Below, piece after piece: positions 11,626 to 21,064 of a DNA stretch of 33,033 nucleotides. The first letter of the stretch is position 1; each line of letters starts with the position of its first letter. The notes under the pieces were generated by a model, which did no database searches, was not told the origin of the DNA, and saw only the letters and a list, made by a program, of their open reading frames with translations. Source of the stretch: Planctomycetota bacterium. Lineage in GTDB: Bacteria; Planctomycetota; GCA-002687715; DRQF01. Both the position numbers and the translations under genes were made by a program. The stretch covers positions 1 through 33,033 of the forward strand of contig JALTLO010000184.1 in the NCBI GenBank assembly GCA_027001995.1. Direction: 5' to 3'.

Positions 11626-11932
11626 GGCTCAGTCTGGGAAGGCTCCGGCTTTTTTAGCAAAGATCTCATTTGTTGCACCCGTTTCGGGTGTGCCAAAGTG
11701 CCTAAAGCCCTCTGTGAGTGGGCTTTATGGTCATTTTGGTCCTTGCGTCTATTGGTGGGCTCTGGGCCTTTTTTGGCGCGGGGTGAACTGATAAAGTCCC
11801 GTCTCCCAAATTTGGGGGAAACGCGGCATTTGCCGTGGGTTTTGCAGGATTGAACAGTTGTTTCAGGATTGTCCTGGGAGGCTGTTGTTGGGGAGCGCGA
11901 GCTGCCCAAGGATTGGACCGGATAGAAACGAA

Positions 11933-12238
11933 ATGAACGACACGATCAAGATTCGCCTGGAAGGGTACGATCACGAGTCGATTGACAAATCGGCAACTGA
12001 AATCGTCGAGGTTGCGCGCCGTACTGGTGCCAGTCTTGTCGGACCAATCCCTCTTCCCACGAAGATCGAGCGCTACACGGTTCTGCGTTCGCCTCACATC
12101 GACAAGAAGTCTCGTGAGCAGTTTGAGATTAGAACCCACAAACGCGTGGTCTATTTGAAGAACCCGACTAAAAAGACTGTAGATGCATTGTCGCGTCTTA
12201 ATCTGCCAGCGGGTGTCGAAGTTAAAATCAAAGCATAA
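11933..12238 (+). CDS. rpsJ: 30S ribosomal protein S10
   Basis: [39 protein letters not shown]; start at ATG 11933. Confidence 0.98.
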   Translation: MNDTIKIRLEGYDHESIDKSATEIVEVARRTGASLVGPIPLPTKIERYTVLRSPHIDKKSREQFEIRTHKRVVYLKNPTKKTVDALSRLNLPAGVEVKIKA

Positions 12239-12291
12239 CGTGAGGGCCCCGGAGCTAAACTCCTGGGCTCGTCGTTGTTGAGGACGAGGCG

Positions 12292-12930
12292 ATGACAAAG
12301 TTCATCCTGGGTCGCAAAGGCCGCATGACCCAAATGTTTACCGAAGAAGGTATTGTGATCCCCATCACCTTGGTGGAGGTTGGTCCCTGTTATGTGACCA
12401 AGCTCCTTACCGAGAGTGAGGATGGCTACAATGCTATGCAGATCGGTTTTGAGGAAACCCGTGAAAAGGTTCTTTCAAAGGCTGAGGTAGGGCACTGCAA
12501 AAAAGCTGGCGTTGCTCCACAAAGGCATCTTCGTGAAATTCGCTTGGATGCCGCTCCTGACATGGAGTTGGGCGCCGAGATCAAAGCAGACGTTTTTGCT
12601 GTGGGCGACAAAGTCGATGTCGTTGGATCCAGCAAGGGCCGTGGCTTTGCCGGGGTTATGAAGCGCTACAACTTCAAAGGTGGCCGCATGACTCATGGTG
12701 GTATGGCTCGCCGTCGACCAGGTTCGATTGGTATGAGTGCTTACCCAGGTAAAGTGTTCAAGGGCAAGAAGATGTCCGGGCACTACGGAACCGAGCGCAT
12801 TACAACACGAAATCTTCAGGTTGTGGGTGTTGATGTTGAGCGGGGCTTGCTGATGGTTAAGGGGGCAGTTCCCGGACATCGCGGCGGTTTGGTTCAGATT
12901 ACCCAGTCAATTTCAACGGCTTCTGCATAA
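12292..12930 (+). CDS. rplC: 50S ribosomal protein L3
   Basis: ILGRKGRMTQ, SKGRGFAGVMKR, RRPGSIG, VFKGKKMSGHYG, KGAVPG. Confidence 0.98.
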   Translation: MTKFILGRKGRMTQMFTEEGIVIPITLVEVGPCYVTKLLTESEDGYNAMQIGFEETREKVLSKAEVGHCKKAGVAPQRHLREIRLDAAPDMELGAEIKADVFAVGDKVDVVGSSKGRGFAGVMKRYNFKGGRMTHGGMARRRPGSIGMSAYPGKVFKGKKMSGHYGTERITTRNLQVVGVDVERGLLMVKGAVPGHRGGLVQITQSISTASA

Positions 12931-12952
12931 GCGCAGAAGCAAGGAGTAGATG

Positions 12953-13576
12953 ATGGAAACAACACTCTACAAGGGTGGCAAAGTAGCGAAGGGCGAAGTC
13001 GAAACAGACTTCTTGGGCGATATCGTCCGTGTGCGCCTTCTTCGCCACTCGATTCGGATGTACGAAACGAATCAGCGTTCAGGTACTCATTCGGTTAAGG
13101 GTCGCAGCGATCTTGCTTATGCCAAGAAGGCGCTCTTTAAGCAGAAGGGTACTGGCCGTGCTCGTGTTCGTCACCCTCAGGCTACTCAGTGCCGTTCTGG
13201 TGGTGTCCCTCACGGCCCAAAGGTTCGGGACTACACCTACCAAATGCCTCGGCGTGCCAAGGTGGAAGCACTGCGATCGGCCCTCTTGAGTAAGTTCCGT
13301 GACAACGAAGTCGCTGTGATTGACTCATTGGCCTACGATGCGCCCAAGACCAAGCAGATGGTCGCCATGCTGGACGATTTGGGTATGCGTAAGAGCTGCT
13401 TGATTGTCACCGATCTTCGCTGCGACAATGTTCTTCTATCTGCCCGCAACTTGAACCGCGTTCATGTCATGCGAGTCGAAGAGCTGAACGCTTACTACTT
13501 GCTCTACTTCAAGAACCTCATCATCACTGAGGGAGCTCTTGAGAAGATTCGGGAGAAGACAACTCATGTTTCTTGA
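12953..13576 (+). CDS. rplD: 50S ribosomal protein L4
   Basis: [44 protein letters not shown] SD favours ATG 12953 (alternative 12950). Confidence 0.96.
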   Translation: [207 protein letters not shown]

Positions 13577-13850
13577 AGCAACCGAAATTATTCGTCGACC
13601 TTTGATCACCGAGCGCAATATGCATCGGTCCGAAGTTCGCAATCAGTACACTTTTGAAGTTCAGCCAACAGCTAACAAGATTCAAATTCGCTTGGCTGTC
13701 GAGAAGCTTTTTAACGTCCGAGTTGAGAGTGTGAATACTGTCAACTTCAAGGGCAAGAAAAAGCGTCGTGGTTACAACTTTCATACTGCTGGCAAAATGA
13801 AAAAAGCCGTCGTGACGATTCACGCGGATGACAAGATTGACCTGCTCTAA
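13566..13850 (+). CDS. rplW: 50S ribosomal protein L23
   Basis: IIRRPLITE, YTFEV, ANKIQIRLAVEKLFNVRVESVNT, KKAVVT; start overlaps the end of rplD. Confidence 0.96.
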   Translation: MFLEATEIIRRPLITERNMHRSEVRNQYTFEVQPTANKIQIRLAVEKLFNVRVESVNTVNFKGKKKRRGYNFHTAGKMKKAVVTIHADDKIDLL

Positions 13851-13879
13851 GATAGAGCTGGGCCAAGAGGAGAACTGAC

Positions 13880-14716
13880 ATGGCAATTCGGCGATTCAAG
13901 CCGACATCACCGGGACGACGACATGGTTCCGTGCTGGACTTCCGCAAGGAAATCACATGCACAGAGCCAGAGAAGAGCTTGCTCGAGTCGCAACGACGCA
14001 CCGGTGGTCGAAATAGTTACGGACGAATGACATCACGCCGTCGTGGTGGTGGTGCCAGGCACCATTATCGTCTCATAGACTTTAAGCGCAACAAAGACGG
14101 GATTCCGGCAAAGGTCAAGACCATTGAGTATGACCCGAACCGTACCGCCAACATCGCTCTCTTGGTTTATGCCGATGGTGAAAAGCGATACATCTTGGCC
14201 CCTAAGGGCTTAGAGGTGGGGCGTTTGGTTACCAGTGGACCAGGTTCCGAGCCCAAAGTCGGCAATGCTATGAAGCTTTGCGATATCCCTCTTGGACTTG
14301 ACATTCACAACATTGAGCTGCAGCCCAATCGGGGTGGCCAAATCTGCCGCAGCGCAGGCACTGTTGCCCGCCTTCTGGCTCGTGATGGCAACTATGCCAC
14401 GGTCGTTTTGCCATCCGGGGAGATGCGTCGGGTTCACGCCGAGTGCCGAGCCACTATCGGGGCCATGGGCAACGCAGATCATCAACACGTATCTCTAGGC
14501 AAGGCCGGGCGTAACCGCCACAAAGGTCGCCGTCCTAAGGTGCGTGGTACCGCTCAAAACCCAGTCGCTCACCCTATGGGTGGTGGCGAAGGTCGTAGCT
14601 CCGGTGGTCGTCACCCATGTTCGCCAACGGGCGTACTTGCCAAGGGTGGCCGGACACGGAAGAGGAACAAGGCCAGCAATAAATTCATCATGCGTCGCCG
14701 CAAGAAGAGGAAGTGA
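13880..14716 (+). CDS. rplB: 50S ribosomal protein L2
   Basis: [48 protein letters not shown]. Confidence 0.99.
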   Translation: MAIRRFKPTSPGRRHGSVLDFRKEITCTEPEKSLLESQRRTGGRNSYGRMTSRRRGGGARHHYRLIDFKRNKDGIPAKVKTIEYDPNRTANIALLVYADGEKRYILAPKGLEVGRLVTSGPGSEPKVGNAMKLCDIPLGLDIHNIELQPNRGGQICRSAGTVARLLARDGNYATVVLPSGEMRRVHAECRATIGAMGNADHQHVSLGKAGRNRHKGRRPKVRGTAQNPVAHPMGGGEGRSSGGRHPCSPTGVLAKGGRTRKRNKASNKFIMRRRKKRK

Positions 14717-14729
14717 GGAACGCTAATAA

Positions 14730-14996
14730 ATGAGTCGTTCAACAAAAAAAGGCCCGTATATCGACGAGAAACTGTGGAAGAAGGTCGAAAAGCTCGACCA
14801 AGCAGGAAAGCGCGAGTCCATCAAGACTTGGGCTCGGTCCTGCACCATCTGCCCAGAGTTCGTTGGTCACACTTTCGGCGTTCACAATGGACGGGCACAC
14901 GTCAACGTTTACGTCACTGAAGACATGGTCGGGCATAAGCTCGGCGAATTTGCGCCTACCCGCACTTACCGCGGTCATGGCCGGGATAAGAAGTAA
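14730..14996 (+). CDS. rpsS: 30S ribosomal protein S19
   Basis: [36 protein letters not shown]. Confidence 0.99.
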   Translation: MSRSTKKGPYIDEKLWKKVEKLDQAGKRESIKTWARSCTICPEFVGHTFGVHNGRAHVNVYVTEDMVGHKLGEFAPTRTYRGHGRDKK

Positions 14997-15005
14997 GGAT
15001 TCGTC

Positions 15006-15404
15006 ATGGAATTCAAAGCGAGTCATCGATACGCACCCCTTTCAGCGCGCAAGGCAAGACTGGTCATTGACTTAGTCAGAGGTCTGCCAGTGAACGCTGC
15101 ATTGGATGTTCTCGGAACGAGTCCACGTCGGGCGGCAGTCATGATCAATAAGGTCATTCGCTCAGCCTTGGCTAACGCCGAGCATGAGAAGGCTGTGTCA
15201 GCAAACGATCTGTTCGTGAAGACGGCCCTCATTAACGAGGGTCCTCTGAAGCAGGGTCGTATGCGTTGGCGCCCAGGTGCCATGGGCCGGATGAATCCGT
15301 TTCGTAAGCGTACGAGTCACATTCATGTGACCCTTGGAGTTGTCGGTGCTGACGGCAAGTCAAGCAAAGGCAAGGCAACAAAAACCAAGGAAAGCAAGGA
15401 CTAA
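15006..15404 (+). CDS. rplV: 50S ribosomal protein L22
   Basis: SARKARLVIDLVRG, SALANAEH, EGP...KRTSHIHV; Lys-rich C-terminal tail. Confidence 0.97.
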   Translation: MEFKASHRYAPLSARKARLVIDLVRGLPVNAALDVLGTSPRRAAVMINKVIRSALANAEHEKAVSANDLFVKTALINEGPLKQGRMRWRPGAMGRMNPFRKRTSHIHVTLGVVGADGKSSKGKATKTKESKD

Positions 15405-15431
15405 GTCGCAGTAGCGACACGGAGTACCTCA

Positions 15432-16091
15432 ATGGGACAAAAAATTAACCCAACCGGTTTTCGCATCGGCGTCACTCTTCCTTGGGTGAGTCGTTGGAAT
15501 GCACCGAAGAACGAGTTCTCGAAATTGATCGCTGAGGATTTCAAGATCCGCAAGCACATTCGCGAGAACTATGATTTCGCCGGCGTTTCCCAAGTGGAAA
15601 TCGAAAGAAGCGGTGAAGTTGTCACCGTTATCATTTCAACCGCACGTCCAGGCCTCTTGATTGGTCGTAAGGGACGTAAGTTGGACGAAATGAAGGCTGA
15701 ACTTCAGAAGATGATGAAGGACACGAATCGCATCGTGAAGGTCAACATCAATGAAATCGGTCGCCCTGAGCTCGATGCGCGCATCGTGGGGCAAAGCATC
15801 CGTGAGCAATTGCAAAAGCGCATGCCCTTCCGCCGGATCTTGAAGAAGACTTTGGCTGCGAGCATGGCCGCTGGAGCTGTTGGTATCAAGGTTCGTTTGG
15901 CTGGTCGTTTGGGCGGTGCCGAAATGGCGCGTATTCAAACTGACACCCTGGGACGTGTACCTTTGACAACTCTGGACGCAGACATTAATTATGCCTTGTG
16001 TTTGGCCAAGACCACATACGGGATCATTGGCGTCAAGGTTTGGATCAATCGCGGCAACTTCAAAGATAAGAAACGGTCGGCAAACGCTTAG
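15432..16091 (+). CDS. rpsC: 30S ribosomal protein S3
   Basis: MGQKINPTGFRIG, ARPGLLIGRKG, GRLGGAEMAR, TTYGIIGVKVWI. Confidence 0.99.
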   Translation: MGQKINPTGFRIGVTLPWVSRWNAPKNEFSKLIAEDFKIRKHIRENYDFAGVSQVEIERSGEVVTVIISTARPGLLIGRKGRKLDEMKAELQKMMKDTNRIVKVNINEIGRPELDARIVGQSIREQLQKRMPFRRILKKTLAASMAAGAVGIKVRLAGRLGGAEMARIQTDTLGRVPLTTLDADINYALCLAKTTYGIIGVKVWINRGNFKDKKRSANA

Positions 16092-16134
16092 GCGTTTGTG
16101 ATCGAAGTCCCAGCGAGGGACGGAGGATTCTCAC

Positions 16135-16557
16135 ATGGCTTTGATGCCCAAGAGAGTAAAACACAGGAAGCTTCAAAGAGGCCGTATTCGCGGTAAAGCG
16201 ACACGGGGTAATACCGTTGCTTTCGGCGATTTCGGACTTCAGGCTCTTGAGCCAGGCTGGATCACTTCCCGTCAGATCGAGGCCGGACGTATTACGGCGA
16301 ACCAAGTGGTTCGTACTGGCGGTGGCCGCCTTTGGATTCGGATCTTCCCGCAGAAGTCCGTGACATCGACACCTTTGGAAACTCGTATGGGTAAAGGTAA
16401 GGGTGATATCGATTTCTGGTGCGCCGTGATCAAGGAAGGGACCATCCTTTACGAAGTTGGTGGTGTTCCTTTGGAGCTGGCCAGGAGAGCTTTGGCTCGC
16501 ACCGCTCACAAGATGCCGCTTAAGTGCCGCCTCGTGACCAGGAGACAAAAGATATGA
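16135..16557 (+). CDS. rplP: 50S ribosomal protein L16
   Basis: [42 protein letters not shown]. Confidence 0.99.
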   Translation: MALMPKRVKHRKLQRGRIRGKATRGNTVAFGDFGLQALEPGWITSRQIEAGRITANQVVRTGGGRLWIRIFPQKSVTSTPLETRMGKGKGDIDFWCAVIKEGTILYEVGGVPLELARRALARTAHKMPLKCRLVTRRQKI

Positions 16558-16775
16558 GAATCGATGAGATTCGTGGAAAGGACGATGCTGATCTGGAGGT
16601 CATCCTCAAGAAGACGCGTCGGCAACTTTTCGACTTTAGGTTTAAGACGGCTACGGGTGAAAACGAAAGACCTCACGAGGGTCGTGAAATTCGTCGGACC
16701 GTGGCCCGCATTGAGACAGTTTTGGCTGAACGTAGCCAGAACATTCGAGGTGAGAAGCCTCATAGGGACGACTAA
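16554..16775 (+). CDS. rpmC: 50S ribosomal protein L29
   Basis: EIRGKD...QLFDFRF...IRRTVARIETVLAER; ATGA overlap with rplP stop. Confidence 0.93.
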   Translation: MRIDEIRGKDDADLEVILKKTRRQLFDFRFKTATGENERPHEGREIRRTVARIETVLAERSQNIRGEKPHRDD

Positions 16776-16778
16776 TCC

Positions 16779-17078
16779 ATGAGCGAAACACGCAATAAAC
16801 GCAAAGTTGTCGTTGGTGTCGTGACCAGCGATAGCATGGACAAGACCATCAGCGTCAAAGCTGAGCGTCTGGTCTTGCACCCGCGCTTTCGTAAGTACGT
16901 AAAGCGCTACACCGGTTACAAGGCCCACGACGAAAAGGGCGAAGCCCATAACGGCGACACCGTTGAATTGGTTGAGTGTCGTCCCCTGTCGAAGACGAAA
17001 TTCTATCGCCTGCTACGCATCGTGCGTCGCGGTAAGTCGTCAGCTGCAGCTATAGCTGCGGAAGGGGGTGAAGCATGA
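16779..17078 (+). CDS. rpsQ: 30S ribosomal protein S17
   Basis: [35 protein letters not shown]. Confidence 0.98.
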   Translation: MSETRNKRKVVVGVVTSDSMDKTISVKAERLVLHPRFRKYVKRYTGYKAHDEKGEAHNGDTVELVECRPLSKTKFYRLLRIVRRGKSSAAAIAAEGGEA

Positions 17079-17443
17079 TTCAAATGCAAACACGCCTGGA
17101 TGTTGCTGACAACACCGGTGCCAAGGTGGTGCAATGTATCAAGGTTCTCGGTGGCTCTCGTCGTCGCTACGCGGCGGTTGGAGACATCATCAAGGGATCA
17201 GTCAAGAAAGCTCTTCCTGGTGGCAACATCAAGACGGGTGAGGTGGTTCGCGGTGTCATCGTGCGCTCAAAGAGTGCCGTTCGCCGGGACGATGGTTCTT
17301 ATGTCCGTTTTGACAAGAACGCCCTCGTTTTGATTGATAATGACGGCAACCCTCGTGGGACACGCATCTTCGGTGCTGTCGCTCGTGAGTTGCGCCAAAA
17401 GAAGTTCATGAAAATCGTCTCTCTGGCGTCGGAAGTCGTCTGA
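17075..17443 (+). CDS. rplN: 50S ribosomal protein L14
   Basis: [37 protein letters not shown]. Confidence 0.99.
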   Translation: MIQMQTRLDVADNTGAKVVQCIKVLGGSRRRYAAVGDIIKGSVKKALPGGNIKTGEVVRGVIVRSKSAVRRDDGSYVRFDKNALVLIDNDGNPRGTRIFGAVARELRQKKFMKIVSLASEVV

Positions 17444-17462
17444 GCAGGGAGAAGGAAAAGAC

Positions 17463-17822
17463 ATGGCTGCAAGAATTAAGAAAAACGACATCGTGGTAAT
17501 CACCGCCGGTAAGGACAAAGGAAAACGTGGACGCGTTATCTCCTTTACCTCCGACGAAGAGCGCGTCGTTGTCGAAGGTGTGAACAAAGTTACTCGTCAC
17601 TTGCGTAAGAATCCGCAGAATCCAGCGGAAGGCGGACGCAAGGAGCAAGAAGCTCCAATTCACATTTCCAATGTGATGCCCTGGTCTGACAAAGAAGGCA
17701 AGGGTGTTCGGGTTCGCTTCCAGGGTGAAGGTAAATCGAAGATTCGGGTCTCAACGAAGACCGGTGATCCGATTGCTACGACCGCCCCCGCGCGTACTGA
17801 AGACAAGGACGCCGACGAGTAG
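17463..17822 (+). CDS. rplX: 50S ribosomal protein L24
   Basis: KOW motif [33 protein letters not shown]. Confidence 0.98.
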   Translation: MAARIKKNDIVVITAGKDKGKRGRVISFTSDEERVVVEGVNKVTRHLRKNPQNPAEGGRKEQEAPIHISNVMPWSDKEGKGVRVRFQGEGKSKIRVSTKTGDPIATTAPARTEDKDADE

Positions 17823-17841
17823 TCGGCTAAGGTAGCAAACG

Positions 17842-18402
17842 ATGACCGAAACAAACGTAGCTCCACGCCTTCGCGAGAAGTACAACACTGAAGTCGCACC
17901 GGCGTTGAAGGAAAAATTCAAGCTGTCAAATCCGCATCAAATCGCGGCTTTGCAGAAAGTCGTTGTCAACATGGGTGTTGGCAAGGCAATCGAGAACAAG
18001 AAGCGTATCGACGCTGCTGCTCGCGATCTTGGAATCATCACCGGACAGAAGCCAGAAATTTGTATGGCCAAAAATTCCGTTGCTGGTTTTAAGGTTCGGG
18101 AGGGTTGGCCCGTGGGCTGCCGCGTGACACTCCGTGGTGATCGTATGTACGAGTTTATTGATCGTCTGTTTACACTGACGATTCCTCGTATTCGAGATTT
18201 CCGCGGCATCAAGACCAAGAGTTTTGATGGGCGAGGCAACTTCAGTATGGGACTGGCAGACCAGGTCGTCTTTCCTGAGATCAATTTGGACAAAGTCGAC
18301 TGGACTCAGGGCATGGACATTACGTTCGTGATGACTGGGAACAACGACGCGATGTCATTCGAGTTGCTGAAACAACTCGGCATGCCATTTCGCAAGAACT
18401 AA
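17842..18402 (+). CDS. rplE: 50S ribosomal protein L5
   Basis: KVVVNMGVG, ITGQKP, VTLRGDRMYEF, PRIRDFRG, FDGRGNF, LGMPF. Confidence 0.99.
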   Translation: MTETNVAPRLREKYNTEVAPALKEKFKLSNPHQIAALQKVVVNMGVGKAIENKKRIDAAARDLGIITGQKPEICMAKNSVAGFKVREGWPVGCRVTLRGDRMYEFIDRLFTLTIPRIRDFRGIKTKSFDGRGNFSMGLADQVVFPEINLDKVDWTQGMDITFVMTGNNDAMSFELLKQLGMPFRKN

Positions 18403-18414
18403 GAGGTACGGTTC

Positions 18415-18600
18415 ATGGCTAAGAAATCTTTGATCGAGAAATGCAAACGCAAATCGAAGTTCAAGGGACGGGAGTACAACCGTTGCAACCTCTGTGGAAG
18501 GCCGCGTGCGTATTATCGCAAGTTTGGTCTATGTCGCATCTGCTTGCGCAATCTTGCGCATGAAGGCGTGATTCCGGGACTTCGGAAGGCAAGCTGGTAG
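18415..18600 (+). CDS. rpsN: 30S ribosomal protein S14, short zinc-binding (type Z) form
   Basis: 61 aa; RCNLCGRPR...[15 protein letters not shown]. Confidence 0.98.
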   Translation: MAKKSLIEKCKRKSKFKGREYNRCNLCGRPRAYYRKFGLCRICLRNLAHEGVIPGLRKASW

Positions 18601-18661
18601 ATAAATCGGAGTCGGCTGCTGATCAGCCGCATCGATGGATGAATGAAATGAGGTATTTGAA

Positions 18662-19063
18662 ATGAGCATGACCGATCCAATCGCAGACATGCTGACTCGC
18701 ATCCGCAACGCCAACGCCATTAAGCGTGGTTCTGTCGAGGTGCCACTCAGCAAGGTCAAGGTCGGTATCGCCGAGGCTCTCAAGCGCAGCGGCTACATCT
18801 CGGACTTTAAGATCCTTGAAGGCACCCCAGTTGAGCGACGTATTAAAATTGCGCTCAAGTACGGTCCGGATGGTGACATGGTCATTAACGAGATCAAGCG
18901 GTACAGCAAGCCAGGCCGTCGCGTCTACCGGGGTGTTATGGAGATTCCACGGGTCTTAGATGGCCTCGGAATTGCGATCGTCAGCACGTCGCGGGGCATC
19001 CTAAACGATGCTGAGGCACGGGAACAAAATGTCGGTGGCGAAGTTCTCGCCACTGTCTGGTAG
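18662..19063 (+). CDS. rpsH: 30S ribosomal protein S8
   Basis: MTDPIADMLTRIRNA, SKPGRRVY, GLGIAIVSTSRG, GGEVLATVW. Confidence 0.99.
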   Translation: MSMTDPIADMLTRIRNANAIKRGSVEVPLSKVKVGIAEALKRSGYISDFKILEGTPVERRIKIALKYGPDGDMVINEIKRYSKPGRRVYRGVMEIPRVLDGLGIAIVSTSRGILNDAEAREQNVGGEVLATVW

Positions 19064-19074
19064 GGGAACGAACA

Positions 19075-19620
19075 ATGTCGCGAATCGGCAAAAAGCCTGT
19101 CACGATTCCTTCTGGCGTTACCGTCGATGTCAAGGGCACGACCATTGCGGTCAAGGGCCCCAAGGGTGAACTCATCCAAGACTTCGAACCGTACTACGTC
19201 AAGTTGGAAGTTGAAGGCTCCGAAGTGAAGGTGACAAGGACAAAAGACAGCAAGCCCCACCGGGCGCGCCACGGTCTTTATCGTTCCTTGGTTTCCAACA
19301 TGGTTGAAGGTGTCTCAAAGGGCTTTGAGAAGAAGCTCGAGATCATCGGTGTGGGCTACTCTGCTAAGGCAGCCGGTAGCAAAATCACCCTTCAAATCGG
19401 ATTCTGTCATCCTGTTGAAATCGCCATGCCTGAAGGTGTGAAGATTGAAACTCCGAGTAACACAACCGTCACGATTTCTGGACCGGACAAGCAAGTTGTG
19501 GGGCAAATGGCCGCCATCATTCGCAAAGTTCGACCACCTGAGCCATATAAGGGCAAAGGGATCAAGTACGTCGGTGAGGTCATTCGTCGCAAGGCCGGTA
19601 AGGCCGTGGCGGGTAAGTAA
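19075..19620 (+). CDS. rplF: 50S ribosomal protein L6
   Basis: MSRIGKKPV, VKGPKGEL, GVGY, RPPEPYKGKGIKY, RRKAGK. Confidence 0.99.
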   Translation: MSRIGKKPVTIPSGVTVDVKGTTIAVKGPKGELIQDFEPYYVKLEVEGSEVKVTRTKDSKPHRARHGLYRSLVSNMVEGVSKGFEKKLEIIGVGYSAKAAGSKITLQIGFCHPVEIAMPEGVKIETPSNTTVTISGPDKQVVGQMAAIIRKVRPPEPYKGKGIKYVGEVIRRKAGKAVAGK

Positions 19621-19632
19621 GAGGCTATAGCA

Positions 19633-20004
19633 ATGGCTAATCGAATCGTAAGAAAACGGAAAGGCTTGCTCCGACGCAAGCGCTCCATCCGTAAGAACAT
19701 CACCGGAACTGAACAAAGGCCTCGCCTTTCGATTTTTCGGACCTCAAAGCACATCTACTGCCAAGTCATCGATGATGAAGCTGGCAAGACGCTTTGCGCG
19801 AGTTCTACTTTGTCGAAGAATATTCGCGACAAAGTGAAGTTCGGCGGTAACGTGGATGCAGCTAAAATTGTGGGCGAAGATATTGCCGCCAAGGTACTTG
19901 ATGCCGGGGTGAAGGAAATCATCTTTGATCGCAACGGATACAGATATCAGGGTCGTTTGCAAGCACTTGCAGAAGCGGCTCGCGAGAAGGGACTGACTTT
20001 CTAA
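19633..20004 (+). CDS. rplR: 50S ribosomal protein L18
   Basis: [39 protein letters not shown]. Confidence 0.98.
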   Translation: MANRIVRKRKGLLRRKRSIRKNITGTEQRPRLSIFRTSKHIYCQVIDDEAGKTLCASSTLSKNIRDKVKFGGNVDAAKIVGEDIAAKVLDAGVKEIIFDRNGYRYQGRLQALAEAAREKGLTF

Positions 20005-20615
20005 TGGCTGAGCAACAAGATAAACCTCAAGGCGACAATGCCAATGCTGGCCAAGGCGGCGGGCGCCAGGGCGGTGGACGCCAAGGTGGCGGCGGACGTC
20101 AAGGCGGCCGTGGCCGCGGCCGTGGTCGCGATCGTCAAGAGCAAGCACAAAGCGAATTCAGCGAAACTGTCGTCAAGATCAATCGCTGTGCCGCTGTGGT
20201 CAAGGGTGGCCGTCGTTTTAGTTTCTCTTCCTTGGTCGTCGTCGGCGATGGCAAGGGCCGCGTTGGGCTCGGATTTGGCAAAGCCAAAGACGTCGCAGGC
20301 GCAGTGGAAAAAGGAACAAAAGACGCACGTCGCAGCCTGACTCGGGTTGCCGTCGTGGACGGAACGATTCCACATGAAGTGATCGGTCGTTTCTGCTCGT
20401 CCGTGGTTAAGCTGCGTCCAGCCCCGAAGGGGCGGGGTGTTATTGCCTGTGCTTCGGTCCGAGCAGTTGTCGAACATGCAGGTATCCACGATGTCGTGAC
20501 CAAGTCTTTGGGGAACAACAACCCCATCAACTTAGTCAAAGCGACGATGGATGCCGTGAAGAAACTCCGCACCCGCCAGCAGGTGGAGGCGTTACGAGGA
20601 GTTAAGTTGTCATGA
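20004..20615 (+). CDS. rpsE: 30S ribosomal protein S5 with Gly/Arg-rich N-terminal extension
   Basis: VVKINRCAAVVKGGRRFSFSSLVVVGDGKGRVGLG, GTIPHEV, KSLGNNNPINLVKAT. Confidence 0.98.
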   Translation: MAEQQDKPQGDNANAGQGGGRQGGGRQGGGGRQGGRGRGRGRDRQEQAQSEFSETVVKINRCAAVVKGGRRFSFSSLVVVGDGKGRVGLGFGKAKDVAGAVEKGTKDARRSLTRVAVVDGTIPHEVIGRFCSSVVKLRPAPKGRGVIACASVRAVVEHAGIHDVVTKSLGNNNPINLVKATMDAVKKLRTRQQVEALRGVKLS

Positions 20616-21064
20616 ATCTCTCAGATCTAAACGCGATTCCCATGAAGCGGCAGTACCGCAAGCGAGTCGGACGTGGACCTGCCAGCGGCCAAGGCAAGAC
20701 AGCTGGCCGTGGCGTCAAGGGTCAGCGCTCTCGTTCCGGTTTCTCCCGCAAGGTGGGTTTCGAGGGTGGCCAAATGCCACTCTATCGTCGTCTACCCAAG
20801 AAGGGCTTCAGCAATGCCCTTTTTAAGGTGACATACGACATTGTCAACACCGGTCAACTCAACATCTTTGATGATGATGCAACCATCAACATGGAAGTTT
20901 TGAAGGCTTCCGGTTTGATCAAGAAGAATGCAAAGCACGTGAAAGTCTTGGCCAAAGGCGCCTTGACGAAAAAGCTGAGCATTGAAGCAGCCCGATTTAG
21001 CGCCGTCGCCAAGCAAATGATTGAGTCTGCTGGTGGCCAGGCACAGGAGCTCGCAGCGAAATGA
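20612..21064 (+). CDS. rplO: 50S ribosomal protein L15
   Basis: RVGRGPASGQGKTAGRG, FEGGQMPLYRRLPKKGF; overlaps rpsE directly (no rpmD). Confidence 0.98.
   Translation: MNLSDLNAIPMKRQYRKRVGRGPASGQGKTAGRGVKGQRSRSGFSRKVGFEGGQMPLYRRLPKKGFSNALFKVTYDIVNTGQLNIFDDDATINMEVLKASGLIKKNAKHVKVLAKGALTKKLSIEAARFSAVAKQMIESAGGQAQELAAK

Noticed and set aside
20049..20135. Tandem repeat considered as a CRISPR-like array
   Set aside because: Units of about 15 nt, degenerate, no spacers, in-frame coding inside rpsE; no cas genes
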